In this document: in pieces, positions 57,336 through 64,000 of the stretch
Layout of the letters: each line of letters opens with the position of its first letter
Numbering within the stretch: the first letter of the stretch is position 1
Source: a virus
Reading direction: 5' to 3' (one strand)
Virus record (IMG/VR): IMGVR_UViG_3300047319_001031
Location: 4,754 to 68,753 of that record
Length of the DNA: 64,000 nt
Notes under the pieces: model-generated
Told to the model about the DNA's origin: nothing
The model's input: the letters and a program-made list of their open reading frames with translations, nothing else
The model's database searches: none
Program-made: the position numbers and the translations under genes

Positions 57336-57475
57336 TGCACCACCGGCCACCATGACTTACGCGAGCGCCATTGCGACCACATCCGCCCAACGGAATGCGA
57401 TTGCCCCAACAAGCCGGACCTCCCACGCGATCGAGAGTACCGTTTGCCCCGCCATACGGGGTGTAGCAAGATCAT
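57332..57475 (-). CDS. MI-head Ser/Arg micro-ORF (47 aa)
   Basis: MILLHPVWRGKRYSRSRGRSG...WSQWRSRKSWW. Confidence 0.6.
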   Translation of the reverse strand: MILLHPVWRGKRYSRSRGRSGLLGQSHSVGRMWSQWRSRKSWWPVVQ

Positions 57476-57494
57476 TTGTGAGAGGTCTCACAAA
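57475..57494. promoter_or_regulatory. 20-bp palindromic operator-like site
   Basis: TTTGTGAGAGGTCTCACAAA. Confidence 0.75.
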
Positions 57495-57497
57495 CCG

Positions 57498-57857
57498 TTA
57501 CTTCTGCACCCGCTGCAGCTTCGACACGATCTTCGCATCGACGATGCACCCGCGGTTGACGATCACGTGGCCATCAGGGAACGGCTCGCACTCGTTGAAC
57601 GTCTCGGTCTTGAGCGCATCGGCGAACCGGCCCGTGTCGGGAATCCACGCTGCATCTTCCAGCAGCAGCTCGTGCTCGCTGATGGCGATCAGCCGGCCGA
57701 CGTTGGTCATGGTGACGGTGCGAATGAAGTAGATCGCCCCGAGGCGCCACAGCCCGATGTGCTTGGGATCACTGGGGATGATCTCGGTCTGCTGCGTCAG
57801 CTTCTCAGTGATGATCGCGTCGACCTCGGCTTGGGTGTACGTCGCTTTCTTTGCCAT
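57498..57857 (-). CDS. small beta-barrel (Sm-like?) protein
   Basis: G.IYFIRTVT...GRL...ELLLEDAAWIPDTGRF...EP...VNRG.IVD; ACTAAAGGA leader. Confidence 0.75.
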   Translation of the reverse strand: MAKKATYTQAEVDAIITEKLTQQTEIIPSDPKHIGLWRLGAIYFIRTVTMTNVGRLIAISEHELLLEDAAWIPDTGRFADALKTETFNECEPFPDGHVIVNRGCIVDAKIVSKLQRVQK

Positions 57858-57924
57858 GATATTTTTCCTTTAGTTAAGGTTGCTGCAGGCTACACGCTCG
57901 AATGAACGTGCACCCAAGAGGAAC

Positions 57925-58080
57925 CTATTGCGACCTTGCTCTCTTCATCATCTTATTTGATTCCGATACTGACCCTGATCTCCTTCCCGTACGGCACCCG
58001 AACACTGACCACATTCGTTTCACTCCTGTTCGTGACCCAGACGCGTTGCGCCACATCTGCCACGGCGAAAATAGGATCAT
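57925..58080 (-). CDS. MI-head Ser/Arg micro-ORF (51 aa)
   Basis: MILFSPWQMWRNASGSR... Confidence 0.6.
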   Translation of the reverse strand: MILFSPWQMWRNASGSRTGVKRMWSVFGCRTGRRSGSVSESNKMMKRARSQ

Positions 58081-58217
58081 CTCGACCTCGACCCACACCA
58101 CGAATACACCCGTGACGCAGAGTGCGATGTATGCATGGTTGTTTTATTGCCACGTGACCGGGACTTTATGCTCTGCCCCTTGCGATTGTGGAATTTCCAC
58201 GGGTTGAACAGGATCAT
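58077..58217 (-). CDS. MI-head Ser/Arg micro-ORF (46 aa)
   Basis: MILFNPWKF...YSWCGSRSR. Confidence 0.6.
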   Translation of the reverse strand: MILFNPWKFHNRKGQSIKSRSRGNKTTMHTSHSASRVYSWCGSRSR

Positions 58218-58399
58218 CCCACTCCCTTTTCACCACGTGACACCGATCGTGATTTGTCCCCTGATGTTGAAGCTGGGGCAATGCGGTTGCGTGACTGGGT
58301 GAACGATCGCGCTACTTGACCGAAGCGCGACCACTCCACTGGCTTTGACCGTGCACCTGAGCGGGACATGCGAACGTGCCAACGTTGTATCAGGATCAT
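58214..58399 (-). CDS. MI-head Ser/Arg micro-ORF (61 aa)
   Basis: MILIQRWHVRMSRSGARS... Confidence 0.6.
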   Translation of the reverse strand: MILIQRWHVRMSRSGARSKPVEWSRFGQVARSFTQSRNRIAPASTSGDKSRSVSRGEKGVG

Positions 58400-58759
58400 T
58401 GCGCGCGACTACTAGGTCTCTTCACGCGCGTTGCTGATCAGCAGGCTGATCAGGTTCTCCAGATCACGATGCTGATGCGCTGTGATTGGCGTGTGCTGAT
58501 AGATGATGCGTGCCATGTTGTTGATGACGTTGGCTGACACAACAACGTCGGTGTTGCTCGGTAGGGTAGGGTTCACAACGTCGCCCCATCGATCTCGATC
58601 AGCTCATCGTTCCCGGGCTCATCCTGCTCGGCCGGGAATGTGCACGACCCAATGGTGACCGTGATCTCATGCGCGTGATCATCGATCCACTTGCGTGCCT
58701 CAGCCTCACTCGTTGCCCTAATGCGCATCGTCGTGAACAGCTTCACATCAAAGCCGTAC

Positions 58760-59275
58760 TCATGCGTCGTCATCATCATCCCCTTCTTCATCATCACCAA
58801 ACTCCAGATACAATGCGACCACGCCCATCTCGTTAGTGATGGTGAAGCATCGATAGCTACCGTCACCAAAGGCTGAGCTGCTGACCACGCCGCTGTCATC
58901 GATCACGCCCCAGCCATGGCCCGGGTGCGCTGTGGTAGCGCAACACTTGCCATAGAAGCTGGCCTTATCGTCGTACTCACCACCATGATGCTGGTTGAAA
59001 TACTCAGCATCGAAGAACCCTGCTTGGCCTGAGTCCACGCCAACATCGATGTCCGAGTCCACCCACAATTCATCCGTTGTCGGCATCGGAACCTTGTCGT
59101 GCCATGCGAAGATCCGCATCTGGCGCAGCCCCCACTGACCTTGGTGTTCCGTTTCCACATTACAAAACCAGCGGCCCTTGGCCACGTTCTCGATCGTGCC
59201 AGCGCACCACGTGTCGGGCTTGTAGCATGGGTCAGTGACCCGCACCTTGCCTGACTTGATTGTGAAGCTAAGCAT
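58760..59275 (-). CDS. DUF4241-like protein
   Basis: VTDPCY, GVDSGQAGFFD, SAFGDGSY. Confidence 0.75.
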   Translation of the reverse strand: MLSFTIKSGKVRVTDPCYKPDTWCAGTIENVAKGRWFCNVETEHQGQWGLRQMRIFAWHDKVPMPTTDELWVDSDIDVGVDSGQAGFFDAEYFNQHHGGEYDDKASFYGKCCATTAHPGHGWGVIDDSGVVSSSAFGDGSYRCFTITNEMGVVALYLEFGDDEEGDDDDDA

Positions 59276-59286
59276 TCCGTTCCCCT

Positions 59287-59538
59287 TCAGTTAGTAACAG
59301 CCTCATGCAGCGGCAGCTGCACAGGTGTGTAAGCGCACGTGATGATCTGCCGGTACGCAGTGGTAACCCAAGCGCGCTCGATCCATACCGGACCACAACG
59401 CATCTCGCCCATGGTGTCACTCCACACTGCCTCGCCTAACAACAGCTTGGTAGGAGTGAGCGCGGTCAGCTTGCCTGTCGCTGTCAACGTGGGTGTACTA
59501 ACCACGTACACCGCCCCGACTTGCCAGTCATTCTTCAT
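59287..59538 (-). CDS. possible paralog of 57498-57857
   Basis: GAVYVVSTPT...TGKL...LLL.EAVW. Confidence 0.6.
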   Translation of the reverse strand: MKNDWQVGAVYVVSTPTLTATGKLTALTPTKLLLGEAVWSDTMGEMRCGPVWIERAWVTTAYRQIITCAYTPVQLPLHEAVTN

Positions 59539-59558
59539 TGCTGTCCTTTAGTCAGTGG

Positions 59559-59578
59559 TTTGTGATACCTCTCACAAA
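59559..59578. promoter_or_regulatory. 20-bp palindromic operator-like site
   Basis: TTTGTGATACCTCTCACAAA. Confidence 0.75.
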
Positions 59579-59769
59579 TTGTTGATGGTACCGAGCGGCT
59601 GCGCCTTGCCCTGCGCCCGCAACGCGAGCTTGTGCATCAGCAACCCTGCCTTGATGACGTCATCCACATCGTTGTCGAATGCGTCAGTTTTGATGTAGCT
59701 ACGCAACGCTGCGATCAGCATCTTCGCCTCGTTGCTGTTCACCTGCACGTGATCGAACCGCGTTTCCAT
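59572..59769 (-). CDS. hypothetical protein
   Basis: ACTGAAAGGA leader. Confidence 0.6.
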   Translation of the reverse strand: METRFDHVQVNSNEAKMLIAALRSYIKTDAFDNDVDDVIKAGLLMHKLALRAQGKAQPLGTINNL

Positions 59770-59782
59770 GATTTCCTTTCAG

Positions 59783-60163
59783 TTATGGTGCTACGTCCTC
59801 GTCCACTCGCTCGATGATCTTGGCCTGCACCGCAGCCGGGATGCTGTCCCATTCCTCACTGGACAGATCGAAGTAGGCCATGATGTTGGCCACGCCCCAT
59901 GTTTCTATGGGCACGGTCTCAACGAATCCATCCATGCGCTCCTGCAATTCCACACGCTTGACGTCAGCCAGCTCGGGAAATTCCTTGCGGTCCTCGTCGG
60001 TCACGTTGAACTTGGCCACACCATCGTCGTCACTGTCGGCGCCGCCATGCATCATCAGATCGTAGAAGTACAGCGCATACACCGGCTCACCCTCGAACTT
60101 GCCGGGTGAGATGATGACGCCATCCTTTACCTTGTATTGTGCTTCGATCTCAGCGCGTGTCAT
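59783..60163 (-). CDS. hypothetical protein
   Basis: SPGKFEGEP. Confidence 0.65.
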   Translation of the reverse strand: MTRAEIEAQYKVKDGVIISPGKFEGEPVYALYFYDLMMHGGADSDDDGVAKFNVTDEDRKEFPELADVKRVELQERMDGFVETVPIETWGVANIMAYFDLSSEEWDSIPAAVQAKIIERVDEDVAP

Positions 60164-60164
60164 T

Positions 60165-60383
60165 TCATTTTCCTTGAGTGAATACCGCTTCCAGCATGTA
60201 CGCCATGTAATCGGCGTCGTTCTCCTGCCCGGTTACCTTGTTGATCCGCGGCATGGCAGGTATCACCACTTCGTCTCGCACGCGCGAATGAAACAACGGC
60301 GACATCCGGGTCTTCGCCCACAACGCAGCGGCTTTGGCCAGCTCCTGCTCAGTGAACAGCTTGCCCAGTGCGATCTTTTTCAT
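60165..60383 (-). CDS. hypothetical protein
   Basis: TGQEND..Y.AY. Confidence 0.6.
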   Translation of the reverse strand: MKKIALGKLFTEQELAKAAALWAKTRMSPLFHSRVRDEVVIPAMPRINKVTGQENDADYMAYMLEAVFTQGK

Positions 60384-60559
60384 TCGTTATCCAGCATCGA
60401 TTGGTATTCGTCATTCACCTGCTGATCGGTCAGGTTGTTGTACTGCACCCAACCGTCACCCATCAGCACGCTATGCAGGAACGAGTGGTCATCGTCGTAA
60501 TTCAGAATCGAATCGATGTCGCGCTCAACCAGCCGCTTTACCTTTTCGTCGCGTGTCAT
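60380..60559 (-). CDS. small acidic protein (59 aa)
   Basis: ATGA-coupled at both ends. Confidence 0.55.
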   Translation of the reverse strand: MTRDEKVKRLVERDIDSILNYDDDHSFLHSVLMGDGWVQYNNLTDQQVNDEYQSMLDNE

Positions 60560-60759
60560 CCCACTTCCTTCAGCTGCCCATCGATGAACGTGTAATTCAC
60601 CGGATCAGCACACTCGACCACACGTGTGCCCGTCACCAGCATCCAGCGCCGCTTGAGATCAGCGACGTTATCCAACGCTTCCTGCTCAGTGGCAAAGCGC
60701 AGTGCGTTGCCACACCACGTGCCACTGCTGTCCGCTTGTACTTCGGGTTTCCAGCTCAT
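60556..60759 (-). CDS. hypothetical phage protein (67 aa)
   Basis: SWKPEV...W..NALRFAT..EA. Confidence 0.7.
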   Translation of the reverse strand: MSWKPEVQADSSGTWCGNALRFATEQEALDNVADLKRRWMLVTGTRVVECADPVNYTFIDGQLKEVG

Positions 60760-60777
60760 TGCATTTCCTTTCAGTGA

Positions 60778-60797
60778 ATTGTGAGACCTATCACAAA
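60778..60797. promoter_or_regulatory. 20-bp palindromic operator-like site
   Basis: ATTGTGAGACCTATCACAAA. Confidence 0.75.
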
Positions 60798-61057
60798 CCG
60801 CACACATCAGCCAGCATCGACACCGTAGTAGATGCGTCTGCATCGGTCACAGTGAAGCGCCAGCCTGTGTTGCGATTGGTCACCACCACGTACCGATACC
60901 CCTTGGTAGCAACCATGCGCTGCGCTGCTGCGATGGCCCGGTTAGGGCAGGCGTGGAACCTGCCTACCTGCACGTGAGCACCCTCACCCATGCTGCCCTT
61001 GACATCAGCAGTGATGGCGTACGTGCCCACGCTCTTGCGATGATAGTCTAGGAACAT
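60791..61057 (-). CDS. hypothetical protein
   Basis: GGAG RBS. Confidence 0.55.
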   Translation of the reverse strand: MFLDYHRKSVGTYAITADVKGSMGEGAHVQVGRFHACPNRAIAAAQRMVATKGYRYVVVTNRNTGWRFTVTDADASTTVSMLADVCGL

Positions 61058-61233
61058 CGCGCTCCCTCATTGAACACCAGCTCGTCGGTGCGCACCCACG
61101 TGAATGGGTTGACCCGCTCGCCAAAGTTACAGAAGCACCGCTCGCTGCCATGCACTAACACCATGCAGCGAAACCCGGTGCGCACGTGCGTTGCTGCCAA
61201 CTGCTCGTTGGCTTGGTACTCGGAATGCTCCAT
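61048..61233 (-). CDS. hypothetical protein
   Basis: ACTAAAGGA leader. Confidence 0.55.
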   Translation of the reverse strand: MEHSEYQANEQLAATHVRTGFRCMVLVHGSERCFCNFGERVNPFTWVRTDELVFNEGARCS

Positions 61234-61412
61234 GATTTTCCTTTAGTGAATGTGCTGCTCTGCCTCGTTGGCCATGCGCACGAACACCTGCGCCAGCCAG
61301 CGTAAGTCCTCGGGCCTGCTCACACCTGTGCGATAGCCATCGATCTCGACCATGACCACGGTCGTGCTCGTGTTGCGCTTGGGCCGGCGCAACTCGGTGA
61401 TCATTTTCTTTT

Positions 61413-61658
61413 TCACGCTTTCCCCGGGATGGAGTAGACCACCATATCGATACCGACATCGATGCAAGCTGCCATCTCGCGCAGCATCTCGTGCGTCTCG
61501 CGATCGTTGAAGATCTGCCCACCACAGGGCACAAAGCCCAGCCCGATGGCGACATAATCCGCGATCACTTCGCTCGGCGCCGCGATCCAGATGGTCGCTT
61601 CGTCAGCCTCGATTGGGAGCTTCGGATTGTGATACTGGTACGTGTAGAGATGTTGCAT
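61413..61658 (-). CDS. first early gene, hypothetical (81 aa)
   Basis: ACTAAAGGAAAGGA leader. Confidence 0.6.
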   Translation of the reverse strand: MQHLYTYQYHNPKLPIEADEATIWIAAPSEVIADYVAIGLGFVPCGGQIFNDRETHEMLREMAACIDVGIDMVVYSIPGKA

Positions 61659-61732
61659 GATCCTTTCCTTTAGTAAGTGGAGTTGCTTGGGTTGTGCGCC
61701 CTCGATGGACGTTCGTCTCGATGAAGATGCAC

Positions 61733-61779
61733 AAAAAAGCAACCCCGCAGGGCTGAGCAGAGCCCAGCCCCTGTGCTGC
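61733..61779 (-). terminator. possible terminator/attenuator
   Basis: GGGGCTGGGC-TCT-GCTCAGCCCT stem followed about 11 nt later by T6. Confidence 0.45.
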
Positions 61780-62255
61780 GGCGCTTCCGGCTTAGGTGGT
61801 AGAGCCCACCGTCCCGGTACGAAGTTAGATGTTTGAGTTTTAACGGCCGCAGCGCGGGTGCGCTGTGTTGAAGTTTGTCCGGCGTCTCACGACGCTGACC
61901 CAGCGGGATAGTTAGTCCGGATGAGTGACGCGATCGACGGGGGCTTGCGCTCCCCGGGGAACATGATGTTCCCTGTGGCATCACGTGCTGCGCGCACGTG
62001 CATCGATCACTGGCGCATGAGCCTATGTGGTCACGCGTGGATGTTGCAGCCTACCTGAGCTTTTACGGGGGTCGCTGGACTACTTCGCTGCCTGCTCGAC
62101 CATGCGTTGCCTGCCCACGCGACTCCCTGCGTTGGCGTACGTTCCGGCGTGCTATCAGTCGAGGCCACTAAACCCGCTACACCTGCCGCTGCTCTGGCGT
62201 ATCCATCCGGTGCGCGCTGCCCCTTCCCTGCCTAGGCGCTTCGTCGGGCACGCGC

Positions 62256-62275
62256 TTTGTGATACGTCTCACAAA
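62256..62275. promoter_or_regulatory. 20-bp palindromic operator-like site
   Basis: TTTGTGATACGTCTCACAAA. Confidence 0.75.
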
Positions 62276-62513
62276 CCGCATGGTCTCCGATCCCGGCCCG
62301 GCTTACACATCCACGCGAGCCCGAAAGAGCGATCGAAAAGCGACCGCCCAGACTGGACTCACGCGCTACTCGTGCATGCAAGACCACTAACACCACGATC
62401 ACGTTACGGAGCGCGTGGGATGACGTCGGACAGCAACGTGCATCCACATCGCCTCCCGGCGACCTGGTGTTACTTGCCTACACTTCCGTTTTGTAAAAGA
62501 GCATTGATAGCGG

Positions 62514-62533
62514 TTTGTGAGAGGTATCACAAA
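62514..62533. promoter_or_regulatory. 20-bp palindromic operator-like site
   Basis: TTTGTGAGAGGTATCACAAA. Confidence 0.75.
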
Positions 62534-62601
62534 GCACCCCAACAGACTGCCTTGCTGGCACCTACTTCACATACAACACTTACTCTATCACTATCAACTA
62601 C

Positions 62602-62630
62602 ATTATACCACAATACCACACTAATGTCAA
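62602..62630 (-). promoter_or_regulatory. consensus sigma70 early promoter
   Basis: TTGACA-17 nt-TATAAT with extended -10 TG. Confidence 0.85.
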
Positions 62631-62863
62631 ATACCACCAGTCGGTATAACGACGATAAGCCCATGATAATGCTCCACATTTGTTGTTATGTTGCGGCGCA
62701 ATAATACTTGTTACACGAATGGGGATATTTCGAAGCGGCGGTTACGTAGCGCTAACGTGCTGATACTACGGTGTCGATCTGTCGTACGGAGTTGGCATAC
62801 AGTGGACTTTGGCGCCGGATAGTCACGCAATGCACTTTATAGTCCGGCAATGTGCATCGTAAG

Positions 62864-63157
62864 TCATTGATCTGGGGTAGGCGTTTTGACGGCCATGCCA
62901 TAGGCCCGATACGCCTCGCGGCGCCGGTCATTACGAATCTCGGTAGCACTGCGTCGAGCCCGTTCGAAGACTCGGCGTTGTTCCACGGTTGTTGCCTGAA
63001 ACTCCTGCTTGGCAACGTTCATCATTAGGGTGTATTCGGCGTTAGCCTCATCCAGTGCCTGCTGGCGCATTTCCAGACACTTTGCTCGGTGGCGTAGCGT
63101 GGCTATCCTAGAGTGCATCATCATCTCCCAGTGGCGGGTATTTGAGCTTGGTACCAC
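62864..63157 (-). CDS. hypothetical basic helical protein
   Basis: 97-aa ORF; likely start at MMMH after GGGAG. Confidence 0.45.
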   Translation of the reverse strand: MVPSSNTRHWEMMMHSRIATLRHRAKCLEMRQQALDEANAEYTLMMNVAKQEFQATTVEQRRVFERARRSATEIRNDRRREAYRAYGMAVKTPTPDQ

Positions 63158-63365
63158 CAGCCGCTAGGCGCTGATCGCGGATGAAACGCCAACGACGGTA
63201 GAGAAAACGCGCGTTCTCGCGCGCTTGGTAGATACGCCCATCATAATTGGTGGAATTCCTACCGCGACGATGCAGGGGCAGGGCTGCGATTGCTTTGTAG
63301 CGCCGGACAGCTAAGCGCCACGATCGGTGCAATGCTAGGTCCATCTCGACCAAATTTGTTGCCAT
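63108..63365 (-). CDS. hypothetical Arg-rich protein
   Basis: 85-aa ORF. Confidence 0.4.
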   Translation of the reverse strand: MATNLVEMDLALHRSWRLAVRRYKAIAALPLHRRGRNSTNYDGRIYQARENARFLYRRWRFIRDQRLAAGGTKLKYPPLGDDDAL

Positions 63366-63884
63366 GCGGTAATGTACGGCTAACTCACAATTACAGAATT
63401 GATATTAGTGCCTAGGGGTACATTACGCCCACGCGTGCATCTTAGCAAGCGCCTCGCGCCCGCGCGTAGGGGTTCATAAATATGTAACTGAGAGTTACTA
63501 GTACATTAGATATATCCATTTTATTCCAATCATGGACATAGCACTACGTATGCCGGGATTTAGTGTGACAATTCGGCAAACATAGCGAATCTGTGGCAAT
63601 AGCGTTTCCTCATTTTTCAAATGGTTGGCGTGCACAATAGCTGACTAGTGGGCATATTCTTGTAGGATCATAGACTTAACCTAATTTGGGCGTTTTTCAC
63701 CTGCTGCTGGGCGCTCGCATTGTGTGCAGTATCAGAGTGTTGCAGTGTGCAATGCGTGGCTATGTGAGTGCTGCACCATCATCAACTACGGTGTCGCTGA
63801 GCGTGCTGAGACTGGTCGACTGAGAGGCTGCACAGGGAGTGTGGACTTGGCGTTGACAAGAGTGTGCAGAGTGTGCTTGTGCGA

Positions 63885-63904
63885 TTTGTGAGACGTCTCA
63901 CAAA
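63885..63904. promoter_or_regulatory. 20-bp perfect palindrome, operator-like
   Basis: TTTGTGAGACGTCTCACAAA. Confidence 0.75.
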
Positions 63905-63988
63905 CCGTGCAGTGTGCCAGCGTGTGCGCGCCGAACATCAGCAACACAACAACACATCAACAACTACTAGGTCGATTTTGCGCCGCGG

Positions 63989-64000
63989 TTTGTGAGAGCT
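63989..64000. promoter_or_regulatory. truncated operator-like site
   Basis: TTTGTGAGAGCT at the window edge. Confidence 0.5.

Noticed and set aside
55661-58399. Diversity-generating retroelement as the source of peptide variation
   Set aside because: No reverse transcriptase and no template/variable repeat pair with adenine-specific differences were seen in the window.
55661-58399. Integron cassettes or a RiPP cluster
   Set aside because: Units overlap with no room for attC hairpins, and no radical SAM, YcaO or lanthipeptide enzyme was recognised.
62027-62704. 225-aa + strand ORF
   Set aside because: It runs against the early promoter, lacks an RBS and has non-protein-like composition.
50911-64000. 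Palindromic repeats as a CRISPR array
   Set aside because: Spacing is irregular (0.1-3 kb) with genes in between; there is no repeat-spacer period.
1-64000. tRNA or rRNA genes
   Set aside because: No cloverleaf or rRNA signature seen by eye; tRNAscan-SE would be needed to exclude them.

Overview
The window holds most of a GC-rich dsDNA tailed-phage genome, probably temperate, with two converging arms. The + arm (1-28.6 kb) is the virion module: end of a probable portal, scaffold, N4-gp56-type major capsid, adaptor, a 2477-aa internal virion protein and tail genes, ending in a terminator. The - arm (62.6 to 28.7 kb) starts at a consensus sigma70 promoter and runs through many small early genes, an AAA/DUF3150-like/DUF2201-vWA triad, PolA, nucleases, SNF2 helicase, SSB, excisionase plus tyrosine integrase with an attP-like site, and a primase-helicase. 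The most unusual features are: (1) 19 divergent, mostly stop/start-coupled 43-76 aa ORFs with an 'MI(L/P/F)L.P.W' head and Ser/Arg/Gly/Trp-rich tail, in four loci; (2) 10-11 copies of a 20-bp TTTGTGA-N6-TCACAAA palindrome in the early arm; (3) small basic genes apparently nested out of frame inside the giant virion gene; (4) an ~850-nt ORF-poor early leader. Family names come from recalled motifs and synteny; no searches were run.
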